A stretch of 64,000 bases of DNA from Eledone cirrhosa (taxonomy: Eukaryota), in NCBI GenBank assembly GCA_964016885.1, contig OZ024741.1, positions 231,942,001 to 232,006,000 on the forward strand. Direction: 5' to 3'. Positions 28,911 to 42,559 of the stretch are shown one piece after another. The notes under the pieces were generated by a model. The model was given only the letters and a program-made list of their open reading frames with translations. It made no database searches and was not told the DNA's origin. How positions within the stretch are numbered: position 1 is the stretch's first letter; each line of letters opens with the position of its first letter. Position numbers and translations under genes: made by a program.

Positions 28911-29340
28911 AGATTTGAATGGATACAGTTTAGTTGAAAGGAATTTATTGACACGTGTTTCTATAACAGTTACATAACCTAAAACAGCTGCTATCTACAA
29001 ACTTTTAGTTATGCAGACATTCAATATTTCAATGTTATTATTTACTGTCATTTCATCAGAATAATATTACTGAGGACCTATTTAGTTTTTATAGAGAATA
29101 TTAGGAGGGAGGGGTGAAGTTGTTAGAAGAATAGTTGAAGGAGTGGTTTTTCGATAGCAGTGAGAGTTCTTGGTGGCAGTGAGTAATTAGATTCCCATCT
29201 GTTGTTTTGCCATTTTTTATAGAATATATTATTGGTTATTTTTCTAAATTTATAGAAGGATTAGAGATAGTAAAGATACGCGTGGTTGGTTTTGTGTTTG
29301 CACTTAATTAACATTCAGACTTAAATTTTTCTTTCAAGTG
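28910..29340 (-). mobile_element. Probable PLE 3' end with decayed hammerhead (~28946-29000)
   Basis: Minus strand: TTGTAGA-TAGCAG..CTGTTA-ta-GAAAC-ACGT-GTC-AATAAA, ending in (TA)n. Confidence 0.45.
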
Positions 29341-29644
29341 TACGTATCCTTTCACCCACGCATTCACACACAAATATATTTGCACACCTCTACAAAATAC
29401 ATATACTCACAATTCACATATTCATACTTACATATATATACACATGCATACACATATATATACACACATGTATTCATGTACATACTTACGCGCTCGTGTG
29501 TATACATTTTCATACTCAACTTATCTTTATATACACACGTATAGACACACACATATATACATACTTACACTAGTCCATGTGTACACACATACACATACAT
29601 ACACATCTATATACACATATATACATACATATACACATATATAC

Positions 29645-29707
<63 letters not shown>

Positions 29708-29849
29708 TATACATATATACACATACATACACATATATATATACATATATATAAGCACTTTAATACATGAATACACTTACATCTAACTATACACATCAAA
29801 CATATATATATATTTACTTATTTATATACATTTTCACATATATATACAT

Positions 29850-30232
29850 ACTTATGGACGTTTTTAGACACATTCATTATCGCATATTTGCACCTATTCT
29901 CATCAGCATATCTTTCCATTATTAGTGTGGTAATTTAAGGTTATTAATATATGTTGAGAAGAGATTGTTTTTATATTTTTCTAACTAGATTAAGGTTTAT
30001 ATAGTTGGGGGATGTCCCTCTTTTATGTAATATTCGGCTTGTAGTGGGAAAAAAGGGTTTTTAGTTCTGTGACGGCAGAATAATGTTCGTTCAATTCTGT
30101 TATTCAGCAGTTTCTTCTTGTGTGTGATTATGTAATAAATCTCAAGATTACACAATTTGCAGAAATTTTGGCTCCTGGAAAAGCTTTGGGTTTTAGCTAA
30201 TTTCTCCCATTTTAGGGTACACTTTTGATCGC

Positions 30233-30235
<3 letters not shown>
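29850..30235 (-). mobile_element. Hydra-type PLE endonuclease C-terminus with downstream decayed hammerhead (29853-29910)
   Basis: [28 protein letters not shown]. Minus strand: TATG-CTGATGA-GA..TCt-aAAA-AC-GTC-CATA. Confidence 0.75.
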
Positions 30236-30315
<80 letters not shown>

Positions 30316-30351
30316 ATATATATATCAATATATATATCAATATATATATCA

Positions 30352-30389
<38 letters not shown>

Positions 30390-30391
<2 letters not shown>

Positions 30392-30742
30392 ATATATAAG
30401 CAATGAGATATTTAATTTGTCGGTTATTCAACAAATTTATTTATAACACGTTCGAAGCAGTCTACACGTGTTTTAGAATATTATATCAATGATATTAATA
30501 AATGGAAACTATATTTATAAAACCATATTTATTTCATTATACATATTTCAAGGGTAACCAGCATTTTCAAACTGAACCTGAACCGATAAGTTCTGGTTTT
30601 TGGGGTATGTCACCATTTATGAAACAAATTTTGTATTTTATCTGATGAGATCCTACCAAAATGTTGGTACACTTGAAACATATATAATGAAATACATATG
30701 GGTTTATAAATATAATTTCCATTTATTAATATCATTGAAATA
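30390..30742. mobile_element. PLE terminal fold-back (arms ~30483-30566 and 30655-30742) with hammerhead-like motif at ~30634-30695 (+)
   Basis: TCAATGATATTAATAAATGGAAACT pairs with TTTCCATTTATTAATATCATTGA. Motif: TATTTTAT-CTGATGA..-GAAA-CATATA-TA-ATGAAATA. The same terminus recurs at 31180-31312, 32990-33040 and 51207-51320. Confidence 0.75.
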
Positions 30743-30847
30743 TATATATATATATATGTAGGAGGTGAGTTTTATTGTAGTGCAATAAAGCAATGCAGAT
30801 ATCGGATAAGAAGCACTCTACAGTTTGTAGGACTGGAGTATGCAGAA

Positions 30848-31158
30848 TATATAAGAACAAAAGATGGTTAAAAGAGTTCCATGTATTTTGTTATGCGCAT
30901 TTCAAAAACAAATATCATCATGCAATAATATTTGTGTTTTCATCAGATAAAATAGGAAGATATGATATGAAGGTTAAAAAAACACTTGTGGATATGTTGA
31001 TTTAAAACTGCACTATCCACAAGTGTTTTTTAACCTTCATATCATATCTTCCTATTTTATCTGATGAAAACACAAATATTATTGCATGATGATGTATGCT
31101 TTTGAAATGCGCATAATAAAATACACGGAACTCTTTTAACCATCTTTTGTTCTTATAT
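30848..31158. repeat. Near-perfect ~146-bp inverted repeat (19-nt loop), each arm carrying a hammerhead
   Basis: Arms 30848-30994 and 31014-31158. Plus-strand motif 31053-31123: TATTTTAT-CTGATGA-stem II-GAAA-TGCGCA-TA-ATAAAATA; mirror copy at 30884-30954 (-). Confidence 0.9.
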
Positions 31159-31179
31159 ATATATATATATATATATATA

Positions 31180-33031
31180 CAATCATTGAGTTATTTAATT
31201 TGTTGATTATCCAACAAAGTTAATTTATAACAGATTAGAAGCACTCAACTGTTTCCTTCTGTAGTATAATATCAATAATATTAATAAATGGAAACTATCT
31301 TTATAAAACTATTAAGACACCTTTAGCACACCACTTTTTCAAGGCTTTAGCTAAATGTTTTCCTAAATCCCATAAATATCACTCTATTTTTAACAGACAT
31401 ACAATCAAACTCTCATACTATGAATATAGCACACAATACATTAATAGAATTAATAATATGAATTTTAAAGTATAATCAAACCAAATGAATCCGAATATCA
31501 ATAACAATATTTCTAATAATAGTCATATCGTTTCTCTAAACAGCAATTTTTGAAAATGTAATTGCAGAAATAAAATATCTTGCCCTTTAGCGAGTAATTA
31601 CCTAGATACAAATTTAGTATACAAATGCACCATAAAAACTAGAGATAAATTATATAATTATATAGGACCGTTGGTATAATCATAAACACACATTTAAGAG
31701 ATCGGACAAAACATTATCACCATCACTACCACATTTAATTTGGTCCTTAAAAAACAACAATATTGACTATTTGATCTCTTGGCGAAGGGTATCGAAAGCG
31801 CCCGCTTACCAGAATATGGCTCTATCAAGAATTTCTCATCTCTGTATTGAAGAAATCTTTTATATAATTACCAATCCTAGTAATGCTATAAACAAAAAGA
31901 AGGAAATATTTAATTCTTGCTTGCATCGATTCTCCAAGACTTCAAAAAATATATATAATTTATAGAAAATATTGTATCTTAGCTTTATATGCTTCCCAGT
32001 TACAATATATTTCTCGCTTAGTTTAGGGGTGTTTTTAAAGATATTTTTGAGGGTATTTTTGAAGGTTATTAAATGTTTCTAAACGTTTTTATGAGTTTTG
32101 TAATGCATACATGCAAATAGTTAATATTATCAAATGTATACATAGATATAATTACTGTTATCGAATCTATACATGGATATACTTAATGTTATCAAAATCT
32201 TTACATAGAAGGTTTTATCTTTTTACTAATACCTTGAACATATTTACTATATGATGCTCTGAAATCATTTATAAAGTTTTACATATACTATAATTATAAT
32301 ATAATTTGTAAGTAATTATTAGGTTAAATACTAAATCTAACTATATATCTTCAAATAACTTAAACTCCTTCAATTAATAAAAATTCGAGTTATCTTTTCC
32401 TTTAATAAAACCTTGTTTACATTTAACCTTTACGAGACATTCAAACTTTATATAAATATTTACATTTTCTTCAATTTATATTTCTATCCTGATACAACTA
32501 TAGATTATACATAATATTATACATCTTCTATATAAAAAATATAATTATTTCCACTTTCTTAAGCTATATGTAGAAAATACAAATATATCTTCGCTCAGCA
32601 TATCCTAACTGTTTTCATATGTAAACAAAATCTATATTCACCATAACTATTTATATAAATATTCTGTAAGTAGCTTTAAATATTTTTTTTCTTAAAATCT
32701 TTTCTTTAATTTTCTCTTCAGCTTTAATAGGAAACCTCTCTTTTATTTGCATTTTAAAAAGTATTTCTGATAATTACTTAAACATGTCTAAATTCTAAAC
32801 ATAACGGTCTTTTTCAGTTTTTAACGTTACCCTCATTAGCATATTCATCCTGAGATTCGAAGTTTTATTCACTATTTACATAGAACTCATAACATTAAGT
32901 TCATATGTAGATTTGTCATTATCTGTAAAACAATTACTTGACGATTGCGTACTAAAATACTGGTACCCTTAAAATATATATAATAAAATAAATATGGTTT
33001 TATAAAGATGGTTTCCATTTATTAATATTAT

Positions 33032-33040
<9 letters not shown>
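31180..33040 (+). mobile_element. Decayed Hydra-type PLE 3' fragment with inverted terminal piece
   Basis: FKALAKCFPKSHKYHSIFNRHTIKLSY; CNCRNKISCPL; LCIEE..INKKKEIFNSCLH. 31265-31312 is the inverted complement of 32990-33040. Confidence 0.8.
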
Positions 33041-33070
<30 letters not shown>

Positions 33071-33101
33071 GTAGAAAAGATAACACACGAGAGAGAGAGA
33101 G

Positions 33102-33132
<31 letters not shown>

Positions 33133-33485
33133 TTATCAATATACGGGGAAAGACCTCCAGTGTATGGAATCTTACTGTCTTTTGCACACATTCACAGTTA
33201 TCTTATGTTTTTCTTAGAGTTGTCTGGAATGTATTCACTTAACAGACGCTGACTAACCTGTGTGTTTTTAATCCATTCACTAAACTTTTGGCGAAACAAA
33301 TCTCTTTGGGTTTGTACATGTGTGATATATAGTTATAAAGGTGGGTAAATTCATTTTGATTTATATTTTTAATTATTAAGTATCTACATCACCTTTCGTA
33401 GTTTATAAACTCCATACACTGGTGTTTTTTCCTGTATATTGATAAGCACACACAGACACACGCACACACACACACACACACACAC

Positions 33486-33557
<72 letters not shown>

Positions 33558-33676
33558 TCTCTCTTCTACATTTTATATATTTTCTACATATATTTGAGGA
33601 GTTCAGGATTCCTTTTCCTTTAAGCACATAATTTACATGGACTAACGCGAGTCTATGACACCGTTAATTTATTTTG

Positions 33677-33760
<84 letters not shown>

Positions 33761-33763
<3 letters not shown>

Positions 33764-33952
33764 AATGAGTAGGACCCCGACGCCTGAGCTCAAGCCGTTT
33801 CGACGGCCTATATTCAGTCCAGAATTAGCCGTCGAAACGGCTTGAGCTCAGCCGTCGGGGTCCTACTCGTTCCTATCACCCACTCTACTACCCTAAGTAA
33901 TGAGTACTTTGGTGCGTTATGGTCCATCTGGTTCCTTACCACATTTCCTTCG

Positions 33953-33953
<1 letters not shown>
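33761..33953. mobile_element. Repeat family A, copy 3 (fold-back)
   Basis: AGGAATGAGTAGGACCCCGACG..GTTTCGACGGC pairs with GCCGTCGAAACGGC..CGTCGGGGTCCTACTCGTTCCT; lies between long (TA)n tracts. Confidence 0.8.
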
Positions 33954-34003
<50 letters not shown>

Positions 34004-34005
34004 TG

Positions 34006-34185
<180 letters not shown>

Positions 34186-34248
34186 TATATATATATTTGT
34201 TTGTATATATATATACATATATATATATATATTTGTTTGTATATATAT

Positions 34249-34381
<133 letters not shown>

Positions 34382-34774
34382 CATATATACATGCACACAC
34401 ACACACACACGCACACACACATACATATAATTAGAATATTATATAGCTGCATACAAATATGTATGTGAATTTCGTATATTTTAAGATATACGGTATATTA
34501 AATGAATAAACATTTTGAAAGCTTCAGCTATGAAGAGAAGACTGACAGCAGCAACATCGGGTGGAGTCAAGCAGGAGCAAGGGGAATAATTGTGTATTCA
34601 TTTCAAATTTAAATTGGTCTCATAAGGACAATCTTGACCTCTTCCTACTGCTGGAGTTTGAGACTGGTGAAAAAACATAAGTTTTTTCGCCTATGTAAAT
34701 GGGACGAGTAGCCTCATATGCATACGAAGCTGTATAAGTGGGCTCAACATGAAATAGAATATAATATATGTATA

Positions 34775-34990
34775 ATTGTTTCTAATATTGGTACAAATCT
34801 ATCAATACGAAGGAAGAATAAATCAATAATACCGAAGCCAATATTTAATGGTACTTTATTTTATGAAAATCGGAAGGATAAAATGGAAAGTTGATCTCGG
34901 TGGAATTGGAAAAGAAAATGTTAAATGTCATAAATAAATGAAGTATAGCATTTTGTCCTACGCTCTAACGATAATGACAACCCAGAAGCA
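34775..34990 (-). mobile_element. Old degraded tRNA-derived SINE (41111 family)
   Basis: TTGTTTCTAA..GGTACTTTATTTTAT..GGAAGGATAAAATGGAAAGTTGATCTCGGTGGAATT..GCATTTTGTCC..CTCTAACGA. Confidence 0.6.
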
Positions 34991-35159
34991 GAAGTCGTTA
35001 AGAATTCTGTAAGTTTTTGCCTTGTTTGCACGAAATAGAGTTATAACGAAATAGTGAAACGCAATACTTACATAAATAAATGTTGGTGGCTACACACACA
35101 CATATAGATACATATAGAGAGACAGCTGGACATACAGACACCATACGCACGCACGTACG

Positions 35160-35190
<31 letters not shown>

Positions 35191-35197
35191 ACTTATG

Positions 35198-35229
<32 letters not shown>

Positions 35230-37722
35230 CTAGCAGAAGTACCCGGCGTTGCCCGGGTGTAAGTCGACCTTTGGTCTGTTAGAATGTGTGAAAGTTACTT
35301 CCCGCGCATCACAGGTTCAAAACTTCGAACTTCAATGGAAAAAAATAGGTTAGTAGACACAGGTGTGTAATTTATTAATTGTAGTTACACAGTGTATCGT
35401 TGAAATTGTTCTCTGCACGACTGACGGAAGTCAAAATCGCTTGATATTGAATGTTCAGTTAATTTAAATCAGGGTGAAAATGTCGATTACTTTCAGGGTT
35501 TATTTTTTACAATTTTTGCGCTCACATGTGCAGAAGAAGAATTAAAAGGGCCTTTATCTTAACCGCGGCATAATGGCGAGTCTTTTGTGACAGTTTTCAA
35601 GAATATAGGACGTTCCTGTAAAAAGTTTTCCCATGTGTAACTTTGCCTTGTTTTATTTGCGCAAAGTCGAGCCCCGCTTCAGTTTTATTGATTTTTTACA
35701 TCAATGCGTGATCTCTGAAGTAGATTTGAGTAACTAAATCCCAGTCCCGGTAAATTTGCTATAGGTGAAAAAAAGTTGGTCAAAATTGTATCTATTGCCC
35801 TTTGCCACAGTCTCAAGCCTCGTCTGACGGGATGTTGGTGATTCCTCCGTCAGCGCTTGTTGGCGACGAAGGCGAACATCAGCAAGCCCTGTCGTACGTG
35901 ATGTTGGTGACTCAACCAGCCGGGAAAGACGTCTATCAGCGAGTCGAGATTCGCGCTCAGCAGGTGTTTCCTAGAGAAAATTAATTAACTCTACTGGTTA
36001 GCTAAGCCAATGGCAGTGTCAATAGTAAATGAGAAAAGTCTAACATGAACAAAAGGGAATCAAGGTAAGACAATAAATTTAATATAACTACGATTAGAAT
36101 GTTGTAGTTGCTTAAAAGGTTGACAGTTAGGATAAACGCAGTACTTGCTAACATTAAGGGAGAATATTGCATAAAGGATTAATCAATTGGGAATGAACTC
36201 ATACCTGAGAACGCCTAATTCGTTGTCTCAAAGCAATAGCTGTACCTTTTTTGGAGGTAAGTCTTGAACGTTTCCGTGTGGGCATAACGACGTGTAACGA
36301 AGCTGTTAGGTTAGAGAGAGGTGATTAAATACAGAGAGAGATGACACCAGATTCGTTAGCATGGTTACTGGTGAATGGGAAGGTTTGGAAATATGATTAC
36401 AATAACTTACCGAATTTTCCCGTCTATAAATTGCACTTAAAATAATTAAATTTAATCAAAAAACAGCTCTGCGCTTTATACTCCGGTGAGCCTTATGTAT
36501 AAATAATACAATGGTAATCAATCACGGCTCTAACAGAAGTAATAGATCTAGACTAAAAGTAAAGAAGATAGCATTTTCTGGTTGGCCTTACACGCCGTTG
36601 CGCGGACCTGATTTGAAATGATACGCCTTATATCCTGGTGAGCCTTATAGAGCGGAAAATATCTATTGGAAAATAATACGAATTCATGACCAAGGTGTGA
36701 CAAAATAGGCGTCTATACAGCGCCTGAAACAAACTTGTCCAAAACCCTAGGATTTTTCTCGTTAACTATCCACCCAAAAGGAACCGTTTTTTAGTTACAA
36801 AAAATAACCAAAGTGTATAGTAGCTATATTTCTGACATATCATGCCAAAAAGAACAATATATTCAAAAAATGTTCTAAAGTACATTCAATCTCTCTTTTT
36901 GACCGATATCTTAATAAGCAAGTTATCGATTTTTTATTGGCTGTCAGTGTCTATCTGCATTCAGGTGTGCAAGTGTGCGCAAGTAATTGCAAATACGCTC
37001 ATAACATTTAGTCGTAAGCAGAACAAAAAATGCCATTAGAAGTGGGCTAATAATGAAGACACAAACCCTGGTGAACTTACGTTTAAACACCCGAAAAGTT
37101 ACTTACTTCCTGTGCAAAAGACTGTATTATAAATTAAGTAATATTTTAGAATCTATTGTTTAAAAAAGGAAAACATTGGTACGACCTAAATTTTTTTACT
37201 TGTATTGTATGTGTACAACACAACTTGGTCAAGGTATTATTTAGTAATTTTTTTTTAAAAAAGCATGATTATTTAAGACTGTTTGAAAATTTACTCACAG
37301 CTTTTAGGTTCACTAAAGACACCATTAAATTTGGTTCCCTTTTCAGATAGGGATAATACTGTATTTCCACTTGAATAAGGTGGAATATGAAAAGAAACTC
37401 TTTAAATGGTCGGTCGTTTACTGAGACAGCTGGGAAGACATGCAGCTGGCCGTCCAATCAATAACGCACGTCCTTATATGGGCATATGAAATTTATTTTT
37501 ATTGTGCCAGATGTAAACTAAGAGTTCTTGTGTTCGAATTCACATAAAATATCATTGGAAGCGAAAAACATTGTGTCATAGGGCCCGATTATCGATTTTT
37601 CGAAAATTTCAAGTAGCCTATTCCACTCTACGCGTTGAGTTTTATATATGTGTGAGGTTTCATGAGAATTGGATGAACGGTGTAGCAGGCAAGTTCGGTA
37701 CACTAAACAATGTCCATCTTCC

Positions 37723-37725
<3 letters not shown>
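35230..37725 (-). mobile_element. Non-autonomous Helitron (5' boundary approximate)
   Basis: 3' end CCCGGGCAACGCCGGGTACTTCTG-CTAG is nearly identical to the terminus at 14955; no Rep/Hel ORF inside. Confidence 0.65.
36408..36665. mobile_element. Tc1/mariner-pogo-like MITE nested in the Helitron
   Basis: Imperfect TIRs TACCGAATTTTCCCGTCTATAA / TTATAGAGCGGAAAATATCTA, with internal repeats of GCGC(C/T)TTATA..C(C/T)GGTGAGCCTTAT. Confidence 0.6.
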
Positions 37726-37776
<51 letters not shown>

Positions 37777-38002
37777 ATATATATATTTCGTTTCTGAATT
37801 TGTTTAGCAAGATTCTTTATCTGAAATCGTGTGTTGAAACCGATATTGTTATACTTTGGGAGGGTCATGTTGCCAATAAGAAACACACGCACCAGTTGCT
37901 TTCACTTCAATTTATTATATATTTATAAATTTACAAATTTACAAACCTATAAATTTCTGGTTGGTTGGTTGGTTCCACAACCAGATAGTTGTTTATATAT
38001 AT

Positions 38003-38047
38003 AGTCATAGTCCTTTCGTCACACACTCTGTGACCTCTTCAGTGACT
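38003..38047 (-). ncRNA. Minimal type I hammerhead ribozyme motif
   Basis: Minus strand: AGTCA-CTGAAGA-gGTCACA-gagtg-TGTGAC-GAAA-GgaC-TA-TGACT; all three stems pair. Confidence 0.8.
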
Positions 38048-38154
38048 GGGGATTCCTTTCTTCGTTTCTGTGCCTTTTCTTTCTTCTATCCTACGCCATT
38101 TTATTTCTGTGTGTGACACACACAGAAGCACTCAACAGTAATGGTTTTCCGGAG

Positions 38155-40850
38155 TTAATCCAAAATATTAACAAAAATAGACATTCTTGTGATCAAGTAT
38201 ATTTTATTATACATATTTCAGAGGTACTGAGCTAACTTCAACAGTACCTCCTCATCATATAAAATAAAATGATGCATGACATACCCTGACATAGTAGATG
38301 GTTAAGATTCAGTCATGGTAGTGAGTAAGATATGATAAAACTCAATATTTATATACCTTAAGATTGAGACATGAAAAGACTTACATATAACACATATAAT
38401 ACAAAGGGTGCGTGTGAGAAAGCTTAAAAATACATAACGGCAATTTACATAACAGTTAGAGATTCAAATGATTTAAATTATTGAAGAAAGAGGAAAGAAA
38501 AAAGAAAGACAGAAAGAAAATAAACAGATGAGGTGATAATATAGCTAGTAGAAGTATAGAGAGCAAAAGAGAATTGATCAAGGAAAGAGAGACAAAGAGC
38601 AATAATTTTTATAGTGTAAAACATAGGGAGGGATGAATTATATATATATCTATACGGAACTATACATTTGGGCATAGCTTAGCGAAAGAGTAAACTCAAA
38701 TATTTGAATTATGGAATTATCTAGAAGTATTCATCAATCTAAATCTTAAATATAACTGGGCGTAATTATATGAAGGTTAATTTCCAGTCCTTAGTTAATT
38801 AGTTATATATACTATCCAAACGTATCCGGTTGACCGTTAACTTTCAAATCATTTAAGTTAGTTCAGAGTAATGAATTAATCAAAGTGTATAATATTTCAG
38901 GCTATAAAAGTTTATAAATATCTGTATTAATATTAAAGTATACTATCATATTTAATTTATAAAATCATATTTTATTAAATCATATTTAAACTATTTCTAA
39001 ACATGAGAAAGAAGACATAATATTTTTATCCTCACGAAGGTAATTTTTATTAAATTTTATTATATTATATTTAATTATTTATATTATATTGAAAATAATT
39101 CCCATTATATAATTTATAAAATAACTACAGTTATAATTTTAAAAATTAAGATTAACAATTAGAATGCCTTAAAGCATCTAAAGGCCTTATAATTAAACTT
39201 AAAAAGGTTTATTATTAAATTAGATATATGCATTTTTCTAAATATAAACAAGGATATATTGTCTAAAGATTGAGATGATATCTATCAGTTACATATAACA
39301 TAATACAATACAATAAATAAGTTACTGATAATATTGTTAACAATTAAGGTTTTAGATCAATTATTATAATAGGATCATGTAATACATATATACTATAAAT
39401 ATACAAGTCAAACTTCATGAATCATAAGGATAAGAACCAGATTCGAAGTAAAACAGTGAATTGTTTGCGATCATAAAAGTGCCCAATATCCAAGCTATAT
39501 AGTTTAAAAATACAAGAAATTTTTTTTTAAAGATTTATATAGTAGTATAATATCATATCTAAAGTGTCTGCAAACATGAGAAAGAGAGAACCTAAGGATT
39601 TCATTGAACCGAAGGTAACCCGAATTTAATTAAATTAAATAAAATAATAATCGGTATATAATTTAGAAAATTTAGAAAATATTTAGAAAATATTTAACGA
39701 TTATAACACTAGAAAGTCATTTAAGTATCTAAAGTACTTATAAATGTAACTAGAAGCATGTTATACTATATATACAGATTTGTTCAAATATATATAGAGA
39801 GTATTCCAGATATTAGTGATCGATATACATGTAATAAATAATAAGTACAATCATTGTTAGTAATGTTATAATTGAAGTGTTACATCAAGTTAAGTAGAAA
39901 AAAACGTTTGTCGACTAGTATCTTGTGTGACGCATATACCATAAATATAAATAAATAAAAATATATAAATCAAACTTCTTGAGTCGTAAAACATACTCCA
40001 AATGAATACATATACAAAAATATAAATGCATGAATGATTTACGATTCATTATAACTGTTAAGCATATAAGCCATATATTAAAAAAATTATACAAGAATCC
40101 CAATCTAAATTAAATATATCTAAACAATCAAATGATATGCACATTCATCAAGATATCATGTTAACAAATAATGTGTGTATATACCTATACAGGACCCTTT
40201 AATCTAACAGTAATCATATCATAAATGAATAAAAAAAAAATTATTAAAGTTTTATAATCTGTTATAACGTTTTAGGTACACAGTTGATAAGAGACGTCAA
40301 AAATTAGAACCTATTTATTTAGTGTTTTTTCCTGACTGTTTACTCTTTCGCTAAGCTATGCCCAAATGTATAGTTCTGTATAGGTATATATAATTCATCA
40401 CTCCCTATGTTTTATACTATAAACATTATTCCTCTTTGTCTCTCTTTCCTTGATCAATTCTCTTTTGCTCTCTATACTTCTACTAGCTATATTATCCCCT
40501 CATCTGTTTTTTCTCTCTGTCTTTCTTTTTTCTTTCCTCTTTCTTCAATAATTTAAATTATTGGAATCTCTAACAGTTATGTAAATTTCTGTTATGTATT
40601 TTTAAGCTTTCTCACACGCACCCTCTATTATATGTATTATATGTAAGTTTTTGCATGTCTCAATCTTAAGGTATATAAGTATTGAGTTTTGTCATATCTT
40701 ACTACCATAACTGAATCTTAAACATCTACTATGTCAGGGTATATCATGCATCATCTTATTTTATCTGATGAGGACGTACCTCTGAAATATGTATAATAAA
40801 AATATACTTGATCACAAGAATATCTATTTTTGTTAATATTTTGAATTAAT
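38155..40850. mobile_element. 2.7-kb element with ~530-bp inverted arms (38155-38697 and 40337-40850) carrying hammerhead motifs; PLE pLTR-derived fold-back
   Basis: Arm complementarity, e.g. GGCATAGCTTAGCGAAAGAGTAAAC / GTTTACTCTTTCGCTAAGCTATGCC. Plus-strand motif at ~40760-40800: TTAT-CTGATGA-GG..CCtct-GAAA-TATGTA-TA-ATAA. Confidence 0.8.
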
Positions 40851-41110
40851 ATATATATATATATATATATAATAAAATAAACACACTAAACAATTACACA
40901 GGATAGTTTGTAGAGAGTGTACGCACACATAGTTACGTTGGTAACAAATTAAAATTTAACGAGAACTTCAAAACCTTATAATGATGATTAATCTCATTTT
41001 TATATATTTCATTAAATAAAGAAATATATTCCACTTCAGTTTAACGTATTGCATCTTACCCCTTATTCATATTTCAAACCCATTTAAGTTCCATTATGTA
41101 ATAGTCATGT

Positions 41111-41303
41111 GGATAAGGCGGTAGATTGGCAGTATCGGTAGAGAGTTGGACACCATGCTTTACAGCATAGAGTTACAGTCCTTTATGGTCTGAGTTCAAA
41201 TCCCGCCGAGGTTAACTTTGCCTTTCATCCTTACGGCGTCGATAAAATAAAGTACCAGTAATGCACTGGTAAATTGCTGGCCTTGTGCCAAAAGTAGAAA
41301 CAG
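41111..41303 (+). mobile_element. Full-length tRNA-derived SINE with ~17-bp target-site duplication
   Basis: A box TGGCAGTATCGG, B box GAGTTCAAATCC, central TTTGCCTTTCATCCTTACGGCGTCGATAAAAT. TSD TTATGT(A/G)ATAGTCATGT on both sides. Confidence 0.85.
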
Positions 41304-42099
41304 TTATGTGATAGTCATGTATTGCGCTGTCGTCAGACTGGTGCTAGATCTAAAAAAACAATGGTTTGTTTATGGTTTGTCACATCCTTGTTGTAACCAG
41401 AACAATACCTCTTCAACTTATTCTCGCATTATATAGTAGACCTCTTTATTTGAAGAATCCCTTATTTACCATGCATTGCGTCCTCCTTTCTTTTGATATT
41501 GGACTAGTTTTGAAACTACTCTGGACATCTCCTAATCACTTCTTATGCTTTGAAGAGGTTTTATGCTTGATTGTCCATCATGTTGCAGACTTTCGTCTAC
41601 CTTCATTGGTAATATTTCCTTTCTACCAGCAGAAATGCTTTCTATGGATTGATTTTAGAATTGTTAACCTCAATGTCCTCCCATTGCTCAGATATTCATT
41701 GCTGCTCGCTTGGCTACTAACATTTTATTTTTTAAATATCAATTGATTTTTAAAGTAATAATCTGTCCTACATTCTGTCGTTCTTCCTTTCCTTCTACAT
41801 TACGCTTCATCTGTCTTTCATGTCCAGAATAACTTTTCAAGAGCGGACCTTAGAGTACAGCTTTTTGGCTTGTATATTCTCCACAATGGCACTAGAAGGT
41901 TTTTCGGCATAGTTTTCAGTTTTTAACGAAGTGGCTCAGCTTGGACATGAATTTGAGGTTGATTGAGTTTATCTGGGAACTTTTTCAATCATGGCCGGTG
42001 AGGTTATCATTAAGTCATTCGCCCAGTGATGCCGTGTTAACAGCAACTCTTCTGTATTATATACATACATACTTACATGCATACATACATACATGCAGA

Positions 42100-42520
42100 C
42101 AGATACTCCACCCAGACTATACTTTCAGATGTATGCCTTTGATTATTGGGGCACTGCGATATGTTAGTAACTGCCTCAATGAAAATCTTGAGAAGCTGGG
42201 CTTTACAGAAATAGAAAGAACACAACTAGTTAGGAAATTACAAGTACAATCCATTAATGGAACAGTAAAAGTATGTAAAACATTCCACCGAGTCTGTATC
42301 TAATAACTGCATATACACTTGTACAGATACAAAGCATATTCTCATGCACATATACAATTCAAATCATAGACATCGACACATACAATAACATCAATATCTG
42401 CACGCACATGCATGCAGACATGCATACATATCTACCTAGTTGATGTTGTGTAAATTCCAATGCGGCTCTCTCTCTCTCTCTATTGGCAAAACTTTATGAA
42501 ATTATAAAAGCAGAGGAACA
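42100..42520 (+). mobile_element. Short 3' end of R4/Dong-like LINE in (CATA)n
   Basis: IIGALRYVSNCL..LEKLGF..LVRKLQVQSINGTVKVCKTF matches the end of the copy at 47160-47320; same 3' UTR followed by (CATA)n. Confidence 0.85.
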
Positions 42521-42559
42521 TACATACATTCGTGCATGCATACATACATATATACATAG

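Noticed and set aside
41340-41940. Minus-strand remnant faintly resembling the pre-RT region of a Dong-like LINE
   Set aside because: Too degraded to support by eye.
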